From positions 7,209 through 71,208 of the forward strand of contig CAVOUJ010000017.1 in the NCBI GenBank assembly GCA_963699535.1: DNA of 64,000 nt, given 5' to 3'. Position 1 is the first letter of the stretch. The number at the start of each line of letters is the position of its first letter. Made by a program: the position numbers and the translations under genes. Shown here one piece after another: positions 1-9,643 of the stretch. Under the pieces are notes generated by a model. The model searched no databases. It was not told where the DNA came from and saw only the letters and a program-made list of their open reading frames with translations. The DNA is from an uncultured beta proteobacterium. GTDB lineage: Bacteria > Pseudomonadota > Gammaproteobacteria > Burkholderiales > SG8-39.

Positions 1-145
1 GGGCGAGCCGGCGCGCGATTTCCTGATCGAGGGTCCGAGGGACCACGGCGTCCCGGGACTGGTGAACCTCTTCGGAATCGAATCGCCCGGGCTAACGGCG
101 GCGCTGGCGATCGGCGACCACGTTCTGGGACTGCTCGGAGATTGA
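1..145 (+). CDS. 3' end of an FAD-dependent oxidoreductase (partial, runs off the window start)
   Basis: The frame starting at nt 2 reads ...[42 protein letters not shown], then TGA at 143-145. GIESPGLT near the C-terminus is typical of DAO/LhgO-type FAD oxidoreductases. Confidence 0.45.
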   Translation, partial: GEPARDFLIEGPRDHGVPGLVNLFGIESPGLTAALAIGDHVLGLLGD

Positions 146-205
146 CGCCCAACTGCCCGTCTGACAAACTGGCCCGCAGCCCTTCCGAAGAGGTCGCCAT
201 GAATC

Positions 206-1179
206 ATGCCCACGCGATCCCTTGCAGTCCTCGCATTCGCGCTTCGCCGGGGCGCGGCGTCTGGCGCAGACCAAGTGGGACATGCCTACGGCCTACCCGG
301 CGGGTAATTTCCACACCGAGAACATCGCGGCTTTCGCCGCCGACGTCGACAAGGCAACCGGCGGCAAGCTGAAGATCCAGGTCCACGCCAACGCATCGCT
401 CTTCAAGGCACCCGAGATCAAGCGCGCGGTGCAGGGCGGCCAGGCCCAGATCGGCGAGATCCTGTGGGTGAACTACGAGAACGAGGATCCGCTCTGTTCG
501 GCATCGACGGCGTGCCGTTCCTCGCCACGAGCTACGGCGAGGCGACGAAACTGTGGAGTGCTTCCCGCCAGACGCTCGAGGCGCGTTTGGCCAAGCAGGG
601 CCTCTAGGGTGCTGTTCTCCGTTCCGTGGCCGCCGCAGGGCATCTACTCCAAGCGCCCGATCAACTCGGTCGCCGACATGAAGGGCCTGAAATGGCGCGC
701 CTACAGCCCGGCCACCGCGCGCATCGCCGAGCTCGTGGGCGCACGCCGATCACGATCCAGGCGGCCGAGGTCACGCAGGCGCTCGCCACCGGCGCGATCG
801 ACTCGATGATGACCTCCGGCGCCACGGGCTACGACACCAAGGTGTACGAAACCGTGAAGAACTTCTACGACACCCAGGCCTGGCTGCCGAAGAACGTGGT
901 GATCGTCAGCCAGAAGGCGTTCGATGCGCTCGACAAGTCCGACGCAGGCCGCGGTGCTCAAGGCCGCCGCAGCCGCCGAGACGCGCGGCTGGAAAACCAG
1001 CGAGGAAAAAACCAACTGGTACCTCGACCAGCTGCAGGAAGAACGGCATGAATGTCGCCGCCCCCAGCCCGACGCTCAAGGCCGACATGAGCAAAATCGG
1101 CGACACCATGCTCGCGGACTGGCTGAAGAAGACCGGGAGCGAGGGCAAGGCGGTGGTCGACGCCTATCGCAAGATGTGA
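206..1179 (+). pseudogene. dctP: TRAP transporter substrate-binding protein DctP, at least 6 frame changes
   Basis: A signal-like MPTRSLAVLAFAL starts at ATG 206. DctP-like segments (MPTAYPAGNFHTENIAAF..KLKIQVHANASLFKAPEIKRAV; LFSVPWPPQGIYSKRPINSVADMKGLKWRAYSP; IQAAEVTQALATGAIDSMMTSGATGYDTKVYE; ..GKAVVDAYRKM) are spread over all three frames (track ORFs 222..809, 626..1051, 924..1199). Confidence 0.75.
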
Positions 1180-1195
1180 CGCTGACGCGGCGGGC

Positions 1196-1741
1196 GTGAT
1201 CGCAGTGCGCCGTCTTCTCGATTTTCTCTACGACGCCGCGGGATACCTCGCGGCGTTTTTTGTTTTTGCGATCTTCGCCGTGATGATCGGCCAGACGGTG
1301 ATGCGCGAACTGGGATTGCGCACCGGCGGCACCGACGATCTGGTCGCCTGGTTCTGGCGCCGCGTCGGCGTTTCTCGCCATGGCTCACGCTTTCCGCCGC
1401 GGCGACTTCGTCCGCGTCGTCGCTGCTGCTCCAGCATCTCGGGCCGCGCGCCCGGCGCCTCTCCGAAGCGGCATCCCTCGCCGCGGCGCCTCGCTTCTGC
1501 GGCTACCTCGCGTTCTGGGTGTCGAGGTTCGTCTATGAGAGCTGGCAGTTCCACGACATGGCGAACGGGCTCATCGCCATCCCGCTGTGGATTCCGCAAG
1601 TCGAGCTTCGTGATCGGCGCGTCTCTCCTGTTCGTCGCGGTGCTCGACGAACTCGTCCGCGTCGCTGCGCGGCGCACTCCGGGCTACGTCGCCGCGGTGG
1701 AAGAACGGCACCGCCGCGGCGACTTCACCGAAGACGTCTGA
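1196..1741 (+). pseudogene. dctQ: TRAP transporter small permease DctQ, at least 3 frame changes
   Basis: The N-terminus is MIAVRRLLDFLYDAAGYLAAFFVFAIFAVMIGQTVMRELG. The middle (VSRFVYESWQFHDMANGLIAIPLWIPQ) sits in the frame of ORF 1519..1755. The C-terminus (FVIGASLLFVAVLDELVRV..) returns to the first frame. It lies between dctP and dctM. Confidence 0.7.
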
Positions 1742-1745
1742 GCCC

Positions 1746-3054
1746 ATGGAGCTGATTCAGATCGCGGGGCTGCTCCTGTTCGTGATGCTGCTGCTTCTCG
1801 CTGGAGGCGTGTGGATCGCGATGACGCTGCTCGATCGTCGGCTGGATCGGCATGGCTTTTTTCACCGGTACGCCGCCGGGCAAGAATCTCTTCACCGCGT
1901 TCTGGGGCTCGAGCACCACCTGGACGCTCGCCGCGCTGCCGTTGTTCATCTGGATGGGCGAAATCCTGTTCCGCACGCGCCTGTCGGAGGACATGTTCTC
2001 GCGGCCTCTCACCGTGGCTCAACCGCTTCCGGGCACGGCTGATGCATACCACCATCGTCGGCTGTGGAATCTTCGCTCGATGTCCGGCTCTTCGGCCGCG
2101 ACCGCCGCGACCATCTCCAAGGTCACCATTCCGGAGCTGCGCAAGCGCGGCTACGACGAGAGCATGGCGGTCGGATCGCTGGCGGGTGCGGGTACGCTCG
2201 GCATGTCTGATCCCGCCTTCGATCACCATGATCGTGTACGGCGTCGCCGCGGACGTATCGATAGCCGCCTGTTCGTCGCCGGAGTGTCTTCCCGGCGTCC
2301 TGCTGATGCTGATGTTCTCCGCTTACATCGTCGCTCTGGGCGCTGTTCGAACCCGAAGAGGACTCCACCGCGTGACGAATTCTCCTCGCTGCAAACAAGG
2401 CTATGCGGCACCTATCTCATCCCGGCGATCCTGCTCATCGGTGTGGTGATCGGCTCGATCTACGCCGGCGTCGCCACGCCGACCGAGGCCGCGGCCATCG
2501 GCGTCTCCGGGGCGCTGGCCCTCGCCGCGGTTTCCGGTTCGCTTACCTGGAAGAATTTCGAAGCGAGCGTGATGGGCGCCACCCGTACCTCGTGCATGAT
2601 CGCTTTCATCCTCGCCGGCGCGGCCTTTCTTACCGTCGCCATGGGATTCACCGGAGTGCCGCGAATCCTCGCGAAATGGATCGGCGATCAGGGCTTTTCA
2701 GCCTGGCAGCTGATCGCCGTGTTGACCGTTCTCTATATGATCCTGGGCTGCTTCATCGACGGCATCTCGATGGTCGTGCTGACGTCCTCAGTGATCCTGC
2801 CCTCGGTCAAGGCTGCCGGCATCGACCTCCTCTGGTTCGGAATATTCGTGGTGCTGGTCGTTGAAATGGCGCAGATCACGCCCCCGGTCGGCTTCAACCT
2901 GTTCGTGCTGCAGGGGCTGACCGGGAAAAACATGTTTTACGTCGCGCGTGCCTCGCTGCCCTTCTTCGTCCTGATGGTGCTGGCGGTCGCGATCATCTGG
3001 CAGTTCCCAGAGGTCGTCACCTATCTGCCGGGCAAGATGTTCAAACTCGGCTGA
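1746..3054 (+). pseudogene. dctM: TRAP transporter large permease DctM, at least 6 frame changes in the first half
   Basis: ATG 1746 opens MELIQIAGLLLFVMLLLLAGGVWIAMTLL. DctM-like text then alternates between the frames of ORFs 1811..2449 and 1852..3054 up to about 2400. From about 2400 to 3054 it is continuous (..VLYMILGCFIDGISMVVLTSSVILP..ITPPVGFNLFVLQG..). Confidence 0.8.
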
Positions 3055-3090
3055 GCCGCTTCCCGCCCCCCTGGGCCGGTCAGGCTATCA

Positions 3091-4596
3091 TTGAGCGTCA
3101 TGTCCGGTTCTCCGATCTACGCCACGTCCGCGATCCGCGAGCTGGAGGAACTGGCGCGCGCCGAGCCCGGCGCGCCCGTCCTCATGGAGCGCGCCGGCCT
3201 CGCCGCGGCCAAGCTCGCGCGCAACCTCTGCGGCGATACGGCGAAAGCCGTTCTCGTCGTCGCCGGCCCTGGCAACAACGGCGGCGACGCATTCGAAGTC
3301 GCCGCGCACCTGAAGCGCGGGTACTTCCGCGTGAGCGTCGTTTTCTCCGGCGAGCGCGAAAGGCTGTCGAAGGACGCGCGGGCGGCGCTGAGAAAATGGG
3401 AAGCTGCCGGCGGGACGCTGCTCGGCGCGATCCCCGAAACTTCACGCTTCGATCTCGCCATCGATGGCCTGTTCGGGATCGGCTTGACGCGGCCGCTCGA
3501 GGGCGCGCACGCGGCGCTGGTCGGGAAGCTCAATGCCCTGGAAACCCCGATCCTTGCACTGGATATTCCCAGCGGCATCAACGCGGACACGGGCGCGGTC
3601 ATGGGCTGCGCCGTACGCGCAAGCCACACGATCACCTTCATCGCCCACAAGCCCGGCCTGCTCACCCTCGACGGGCCGGACCACTGCGGCATGCTGAAGC
3701 TCGATACCCTCGGCATCGATCCTGCAAGCGTGCTCGATCCCGAGGGAGAGCTGCTCGACGAATCGATACTCGAGGGAGCGGTCCATCCACGGCCGAAGAA
3801 TTTCCACAAAGGACAGGCGGGCAGCGTCGGCATCCTGGGCGGCTCTGCCGGAATGGTGGGCGCCGCAGTGATCGCAGGACGCGCCGCGCTCCAATGCGGC
3901 GCGGGACGCGTCTATCTGGGATTGCTCACCCCTCGCCCGCCTGACGTGGACTACACCCGGCCGGAGCTGATGCTGCGCAAGCCCTCCGCGGTCACCGAGA
4001 AAGGTTTGGTCGACATGCTCGTCGCCGGGCCGGGCATGGGCAAGTCATCGGCCGGAAGAAAGCTGCTCGGCTCGGCGCTCCGCGCGCCGGTTCCCCTTCT
4101 CCTCGACGCCGATGCGCTGAATCTGGTCGCCGATAGCGGGACCTTTGCCGCGACGCTCGCCAAGCGCGCGGCGCCGACGATCATGACGCCCCATCCTGCC
4201 GAAGCGGCGCGCCTGCTCGGGAGAGCAACCGGCGAAGTGCAGTCCGACCGCGTTGCTTCGGCGAGGGAGATGGCGCGGCGCTACCGCAGTCTTGTCGTGC
4301 TGAAGGGCAACGGCAGCGTGATCGCAGCGCCCGAAGGTGCGTTCTGGATCAATCCCACGGGCAATCCCGGAATGGCTTCGGCCGGGATGGGTGACGCGCT
4401 CGCCGGGATGATCGCAGCCCTGTGTGCCCAGGGCGCCGATCCCTTGACGGCCCTGCTCGCCGGAACCTTCCTGCACGGCGCCGCTGCGGACGCGCTCGCC
4501 GCCAGGGGTTCCGGGCCGGTTGGAATCACCGCGAGCGAAGTCATCGACCAGGCGCGCGTGCTGCTCAATGCCGCAATTTCAGAAGCGAAACCCTAG
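3091..4596 (+). CDS. nnr: Bifunctional NAD(P)H-hydrate repair enzyme (epimerase/ADP-dependent dehydratase)
   Basis: Intact 501-aa ORF. The YjeF_N motif is VVAGPGNNGGDAF. The C-terminal carbohydrate-kinase part has LVAGPGMG and GMGDALAG. The track start is TTG 3091; ATG 3100 is an alternative start. Confidence 0.85.
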   Translation: MSVMSGSPIYATSAIRELEELARAEPGAPVLMERAGLAAAKLARNLCGDTAKAVLVVAGPGNNGGDAFEVAAHLKRGYFRVSVVFSGERERLSKDARAALRKWEAAGGTLLGAIPETSRFDLAIDGLFGIGLTRPLEGAHAALVGKLNALETPILALDIPSGINADTGAVMGCAVRASHTITFIAHKPGLLTLDGPDHCGMLKLDTLGIDPASVLDPEGELLDESILEGAVHPRPKNFHKGQAGSVGILGGSAGMVGAAVIAGRAALQCGAGRVYLGLLTPRPPDVDYTRPELMLRKPSAVTEKGLVDMLVAGPGMGKSSAGRKLLGSALRAPVPLLLDADALNLVADSGTFAATLAKRAAPTIMTPHPAEAARLLGRATGEVQSDRVASAREMARRYRSLVVLKGNGSVIAAPEGAFWINPTGNPGMASAGMGDALAGMIAALCAQGADPLTALLAGTFLHGAAADALAARGSGPVGITASEVIDQARVLLNAAISEAKP

Positions 4597-5307
4597 CTTC
4601 ACGCCGTAGCTCGTGGCGTCACCGGTCTTGTCCCCTTCGAGCGCGACATTCACGAGGACAAAGTTCATGTTGAGCCCGACAAATGCCTTGTTCAGGCTGA
4701 AGGATTCCTCCGACAAGTTGTTAGGGTTGGGCGTGAGGTTCGGCGTGCTCGTCACCCACACCTTGCCGATTCCTCCGTAAGGGGTGAACAGGGCAAAACC
4801 CTTCGAGATCGAAAGGTCGACGCCGCGTGTGTTGAAGTCGAGCTGATCCACTCCGGAGAGCTGCGTATAGCTCCCGCGAAGGGCGATCGCGGGCATGGCC
4901 GTGCCTCCCTTGACGAACGCCCAGCGTAGCTCGGCCCCGTACAACCGTATGTTGGTCCCCGGCGCGGCGCCCGCCATCACGCCCACGTCCAGGCTCAAAG
5001 GCAGCCCCAGACTGAACCGCACTGACGGCACCGTGATGTTGGAGATGTCTCCGGCTCCAGCCGCCTGGAACACGGCGGGGTTCTCGATCTTCGTGGTCGT
5101 AGCGGCCACGCCCAGGTCGAAGCCGAAAAGCCCGAGCGGCTCTGCAGGGGCCAGCGGCTTGTACGACAGGGCGGCTCCGAGATCCTGCGACAGCCTATGG
5201 AATTGATCCTGAGTGGTGAGGCCACCGATAGTGATGTCGTTCGCGGCCGCCGGGAGCGACGCGGCGAGGATTACTGCAGCGACAAGCGCATGCCTCAGAA
5301 GCATCAT
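4579..5307 (-). CDS. Putative outer-membrane beta-barrel protein
   Basis: Signal peptide MMLLRHALVAAVILAASLPAAA, alternating beta-strand-like sequence, and a C-terminal ..YGVKLGFRF ending in Phe. The start is taken at the internal Met of track ORF 4579..5346. It overlaps the nnr 3' end by 18 nt, convergently. Confidence 0.55.
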   Translation of the reverse strand: MMLLRHALVAAVILAASLPAAANDITIGGLTTQDQFHRLSQDLGAALSYKPLAPAEPLGLFGFDLGVAATTTKIENPAVFQAAGAGDISNITVPSVRFSLGLPLSLDVGVMAGAAPGTNIRLYGAELRWAFVKGGTAMPAIALRGSYTQLSGVDQLDFNTRGVDLSISKGFALFTPYGGIGKVWVTSTPNLTPNPNNLSEESFSLNKAFVGLNMNFVLVNVALEGDKTGDATSYGVKLGFRF

Positions 5308-5395
5308 GATCTCCGAAGGAGAGAAACGCAGCGCGCAATCTAGCACATCGATGCAGCCGTAGCCCGCGGGCCGCCCGGTCGAGCGGAAATAGTGC

Positions 5396-6895
5396 TCAGG
5401 CGGCCTTGCGTTTTGCGTTTGCCTCGGGGTAAGGATAGAGGATGTTGAGCGCCTGGCTGTGGCCCGCGGTCTGCACGATGCGCACGTGCTCGCGCTTGAG
5501 CTCGCGCGAGTGCCGGCAACCGCAGGAGTGCGCGATCATGTCGATTTCCTTGTTCATTCCCATCGCATAGTTGGCGACGCGCTGGTACTTCTCTTCGACC
5601 ACGAGGCCGCGTTGCAGCCTGGGGTTGTGCGTCGTCACGCCGGTGGGACAGGTGTTCTGGTGGCAGCGCAGGGCCTGGATGCACCCTAAGGAGAACATGA
5701 AGCCGCGTGCGGTATTGACGAAATCCGCGCCCACGCACAAGGCCCACGCAGCTTTTGCCGAAGTGACCAGCCTTCCGGCCGCGACGACCCGAATGCGGCC
5801 TCGCAAACCGGACTCGATGAGCGCATCGATCACGCGGGGCAAGGCTTCGGCGATCGGAAGCGCCATGTGGTCCATCAAGGCCTGCGGCGCGGCGCCGGAA
5901 CCGCCCTCCCCGCCGTCGATGACGAGAAAGTCCGGGGCGTATTCAAGGCCGCGCCGATTCACCGCTTCGCAGACTTCATTGATGAACTGCCAGCCGCCGA
6001 CCGCGGTCTTGACTCCGACGGGCTTCCCGCCGAGCTCGCGCAGGGACGCGACCTTGTCGAGCAGTTGATCCACGTCGGCGATGTCGCGGTGGCGATTCGG
6101 GCTGATCGAGTCCTGGTGCACGGGAATGCCGCGAACCGCCGCGATCTGCTCGGTGACCTTTACCGCCGGCAGCACTCCACCCTTGCCGGGCTTTGCGCCC
6201 TGCGAGAGCTTTATTTCGAACGCCTTGACCTGCGGACGCGCCGCGAGCTCCCTCGCTTTCCCGGGCGAGAAGTGTCCGTCCACGTCGCGCACGCCGTAGT
6301 TGGCGGTTCCGATCTGCATGACGATGTCGCAGTCGCCCTCCAGGTGGAACGGCGATAGCCCTCCCTCGCCGGTGTCCATCCAGCAGCCCGCGAGCGCAGC
6401 GCCGCGCGACAGCGCGCGCACCGCCGGCTCAGAGATCGCGCCGAAGCTCATGCCGCTGATGTTCACCACGGATCTCGCCCGGAACGGCTCCTTGCAGAAA
6501 CCCTCTCCGATCGAGAGGGGCGGCGTGGGCAGCCGGTCCTCCTCGAGCACCGGATAGGGATGATTGACGAACAGGATCGAGCCGGGCTCGTTGGTATTGT
6601 TGGTCGAGCCGAAGCCGATCACACCGGCCTCGGCTTTGGCGAGCCGGTACACCCAGCCCCGCGTCGCGCGATTGAACGGCAGCTCTTCCCGGTCGTTCAT
6701 GAAGAAGTACTGCCGGAAGTACTCGCCCTGCTTCTCCAGCAGGTAGCGCAGATGGCCGATGACCGGATAGTTGCGCAGGACCGTGTGCTTCTTCTGCGTG
6801 ATGTCCTGGATGAAGACGATCACCAGGAACGCGATCAGCGCAACGCCGATGAGGGTCCCCAGTCCGTAGGAGACGACACCCAGCATGCCGGACAT
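5396..6895 (-). CDS. FMN-binding glutamate synthase family protein (GltB domain-2-like), N-terminal TM helix
   Basis: Intact 499-aa ORF with motifs ISGMSFGAIS, LSQGAKPGKGG, VIDGGEGGSGAAP and GADFVNTARGFMFSLGCIQALRCHQNTCPTGV. Confidence 0.8.
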   Translation of the reverse strand: MSGMLGVVSYGLGTLIGVALIAFLVIVFIQDITQKKHTVLRNYPVIGHLRYLLEKQGEYFRQYFFMNDREELPFNRATRGWVYRLAKAEAGVIGFGSTNNTNEPGSILFVNHPYPVLEEDRLPTPPLSIGEGFCKEPFRARSVVNISGMSFGAISEPAVRALSRGAALAGCWMDTGEGGLSPFHLEGDCDIVMQIGTANYGVRDVDGHFSPGKARELAARPQVKAFEIKLSQGAKPGKGGVLPAVKVTEQIAAVRGIPVHQDSISPNRHRDIADVDQLLDKVASLRELGGKPVGVKTAVGGWQFINEVCEAVNRRGLEYAPDFLVIDGGEGGSGAAPQALMDHMALPIAEALPRVIDALIESGLRGRIRVVAAGRLVTSAKAAWALCVGADFVNTARGFMFSLGCIQALRCHQNTCPTGVTTHNPRLQRGLVVEEKYQRVANYAMGMNKEIDMIAHSCGCRHSRELKREHVRIVQTAGHSQALNILYPYPEANAKRKAA

Positions 6896-6922
6896 ACTCC
6901 TCCTCTCTCCCTGTCTCCAGGG

Positions 6923-7414
6923 CTACGGCAGGACGCGCAGTATCACCGATCCGGGATGGTCGGCTGCGCCGTTTCGAAGCTCGACTTCCGTGGCCGGGCG
7001 CACTTCGACGACGGTGCACGAGACCTTCAGCGCCATCCCGGCGAGCGGATGGTTGGCGTCGAGCACGACCTTGTCGTCGGCGATGTCCGTGACCGAGAAG
7101 ATCAGGTCTTCCTCGTCGCCCAGCGCCGCGCCGTCGAAACGCATTCCAGTCTCGATGGCGTCGGGGAAACGACTGCGCGGCTCGACGCGCAGAAGGCTGT
7201 CGTCATAGTCGCCGAAAGCCTCCTCGGGCTCAAGCCGCACCTCGACCCTGTCCTTGGGCGCCTTGCCCTCGAGCGCAGCCTCGACCGCCGGGAAAATATC
7301 GCCGAAGCCTCCGTGCAGATACTGCACGGGCTCCTCGGAGCGCTGAATCATGTTGCCCCAGATATCGGAAATTTCGATATCGAGCGAAACGATCGTGTTT
7401 TTTGCGACGCGCAA
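6923..7414 (-). CDS. slyD: FKBP-type peptidyl-prolyl cis-trans isomerase, SlyD-like
   Basis: The last 163 codons of track ORF 6923..7693 read L-RVAKNTIVSLDIEISD...YLHGGFGDIFPAVEAALEGK..VVLDANHPLAGMAL. There is no in-frame ATG. TTG at 7414 matches the canonical SlyD N-terminus (MKVAK..). Confidence 0.7.
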   Translation of the reverse strand: MRVAKNTIVSLDIEISDIWGNMIQRSEEPVQYLHGGFGDIFPAVEAALEGKAPKDRVEVRLEPEEAFGDYDDSLLRVEPRSRFPDAIETGMRFDGAALGDEEDLIFSVTDIADDKVVLDANHPLAGMALKVSCTVVEVRPATEVELRNGAADHPGSVILRVLP

Positions 7415-7443
7415 GCGGCAGACGCCCGAGGCTCGACGCGGGC

Positions 7444-7956
7444 TTACCGCAGCGACTTGATCAGCTCGAGCACTTCCGTGGCGTGGCCCCGCGGATTCAC
7501 GCCGAAGAATACGTGCCTGACCGTGCCCTGCTTGTCGATGATGAAAGTGGAGCGCGTGATGCAGACCTTCACCGATCCGTTGGATTCCTTCTCGTGCGCC
7601 ACGCCGTACTTTCGGCAAACCTCCGCCTCGGTGTCCGCAAGCAGCCGAATCGACACTCCGTGCTGATCGCGAAAATCGGCGTGTCGAAGGCAATCGTCGG
7701 TACTTACCCCGAGCACTACGCAGTCCTGCCGGGCAAATTCTTCCTCGTGGTCGGAAAAATCCGTCGCCTGCAGCGTGCAGCCCGGGGTACCGTCCTTGGG
7801 ATAGAAGTACAGCACCACATTCACTTTGCCGAGGAACTGCGCGAGCTCCACGGTTTCCATGTCCGCATCGGGAAGCGAGAAAAGCGGCGCCGGCTGCCCT
7901 GTCTTCAATAGATCAGGCGGGCACTCTGCTGGCTTGATCGACGCCGCTCGATTCAA
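7444..7956 (-). CDS. bcp: Thioredoxin-dependent thiol peroxidase (Bcp-type peroxiredoxin)
   Basis: VVLYFYPKDGTPGCTLQATDF is the peroxidatic Cys motif, followed by ..VLGVSTDD... The proposed TTG start at 7956 is preceded by GAGGA. The rest of track ORF 7444..8241 is Arg/Ser-rich off-gene sequence. Confidence 0.75.
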   Translation of the reverse strand: MNRAASIKPAECPPDLLKTGQPAPLFSLPDADMETVELAQFLGKVNVVLYFYPKDGTPGCTLQATDFSDHEEEFARQDCVVLGVSTDDCLRHADFRDQHGVSIRLLADTEAEVCRKYGVAHEKESNGSVKVCITRSTFIIDKQGTVRHVFFGVNPRGHATEVLELIKSLR

Positions 7957-8002
7957 GGTTTCCTCGCCGGGTTCGATGCACCGCCAGACTATAATCGCGG
8001 CG

Positions 8003-9133
8003 ATGAGAATGCAACTGCTCGGCGGCCTGCACGCAGAGAGATTCCTGTCACAATTCTGGCAACGCAAACCCCTGCTTGTCCGTAACGCGATCCCCGGCTT
8101 TAAAGGCCTCGTGCAAGCGCCTGAATTGCTTGCGCTCGCGACGCGCGACGATATCGAATCGCGGCTCGTATGGCGCCAGCGCGACGCCTGGCACCTGCGG
8201 CACGGGCCGTTTTCGCGCGGCGAGCTGATGCGCCTGCCCAAGCGGAACTGGACGCTTCTGGTGCAGGGCCTGAATCTCGAGTTGTCCGCTGCCGACGCAT
8301 TGCTGCGGCGCTTCCGCTTTCTTCCCTACTCGCGGCTGGACGACGTCATGGTGAGTTACGCGGCGCCGGGCGGCGGAGTCGGACCGCACTTCGATTCCTA
8401 CGACGTGTTTCTACTTCAAGGGCCGGGTCGGCGCTCGTGGGGCGTGAGCGGGCCGCGCGACCGGAAGCTCGATCCCGCCGCGCCGCTCCAGATCCTGCGC
8501 AACTTCCGCCCCGAAATGCAGTGGCTCCTCGAACCGGGCGACTTGCTGTACCTGCCGCCGGGCTGGGCCCATGACGGCATCGCGGTCGAGTCCTGCTTCA
8601 CCTATTCGATCGGCTTGCGCTCGCCGTCGCACCGGGAAACAGCACGGGAATTCCTCGGCTTCCTGCAGGACCGCGTCGAATTCGACGGGCACGATACCGA
8701 CCGTGGCCTCAAGCCGGCGCGGCACCCTGCGGAAATCCCGGAGAAGACGCTGCGGCAGGCTGCCGCCGTCGCGCGGAGAATCCGCTGGCGCAGGCGCGAC
8801 CTCGAGACGTTTCTCGGAGAATACCTGTCTGCCCCAAAACCACACGTCGTATTTCTTCGGCCGCACGCTCCGCGTTCTCTGTTGCGCTTCATGTCGCTGT
8901 GCAGAACGCGAGGGCTGCGTCTCGACCTGCGCACCAGGATGCTGTTCCGCGCTACGGCCTTCTTCGTCAACGGAGAGCGGATCGAGCCCGCCAGGGGCTT
9001 GCGGTCCTGGCTCGTGCGCCTCGCCGACGAGCGCGCTCTTCATGCGGGCCGGCGCATACCGGCGGCGCTCCTGCGCCTCCTCCACGGCTGGTACGTCGCC
9101 GGCTGGCTTCATATCGGAGATCGCTATGAGTGA
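8003..9133 (+). CDS. Cupin-4/JmjC-type ribosomal oxygenase-like protein (RoxA/YcfD family)
   Basis: ATG 8003 opens MRMQLLGGLHAERFLSQFWQRKPLL. The Fe(II) site motifs are GGGVGPHFDSYDVFLLQGPGRRSW and PPGWAHDGIA. The size is 376 aa. It is divergent from bcp. Confidence 0.7.
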   Translation: MRMQLLGGLHAERFLSQFWQRKPLLVRNAIPGFKGLVQAPELLALATRDDIESRLVWRQRDAWHLRHGPFSRGELMRLPKRNWTLLVQGLNLELSAADALLRRFRFLPYSRLDDVMVSYAAPGGGVGPHFDSYDVFLLQGPGRRSWGVSGPRDRKLDPAAPLQILRNFRPEMQWLLEPGDLLYLPPGWAHDGIAVESCFTYSIGLRSPSHRETAREFLGFLQDRVEFDGHDTDRGLKPARHPAEIPEKTLRQAAAVARRIRWRRRDLETFLGEYLSAPKPHVVFLRPHAPRSLLRFMSLCRTRGLRLDLRTRMLFRATAFFVNGERIEPARGLRSWLVRLADERALHAGRRIPAALLRLLHGWYVAGWLHIGDRYE

Positions 9134-9629
9134 ACTTCCCTCAGATGCGGTACCCGAGAGGATCCTGCTCGCGACCAGGAACGAATATCTTGAAGGCTTC
9201 AACAGACTGCTCGGCCTGGTGCGCCGGGAACTGCGCATCTTCGATCCCGACCTATCCGAGCTCGAGATGAATTCGACTGCGCGCATCGAGACGCTCACTC
9301 GCTTCCTTCGGCAAGACCGCAACCGCGTCGTCTATGTCGCGCTGCACGATATCGGCCACGTCACCCAACGTTGCCCGAGGCTGATCACCCTGATGGGGAG
9401 CTATACCGCCGGGATCCGGATCTTCCGCACACAAGGCGATGCGGCCAAAGTACAGGATTGCTTCGTCCTTGCGGACGGAGATCACCTCCTGCGCCGGCCG
9501 GTCACGGCGCAGCCGCGCGGGGTCCTCGTGATCAACGACCCGAAGGAGTGCCAGCCGATGCGCGAGCGTTTCGACGAGATCTGGGAGTCTTCCGAGCCGG
9601 CAGTATCGGTGAACGCAACCGGCCTTTGA
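9126..9629 (+). CDS. Conserved hypothetical protein, translationally coupled to the cupin gene
   Basis: ATG 9126 overlaps the upstream stop (ATGAGTGA). The 167-aa MSELPSDAVPERILLATRNEYLEGF... has normal composition, whereas the upstream part of track ORF 8571..9629 is off-frame Arg/Ser/Cys-rich. Confidence 0.5.
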   Translation: MSELPSDAVPERILLATRNEYLEGFNRLLGLVRRELRIFDPDLSELEMNSTARIETLTRFLRQDRNRVVYVALHDIGHVTQRCPRLITLMGSYTAGIRIFRTQGDAAKVQDCFVLADGDHLLRRPVTAQPRGVLVINDPKECQPMRERFDEIWESSEPAVSVNATGL

Positions 9630-9643
9630 ACCGGCAGATCTCC

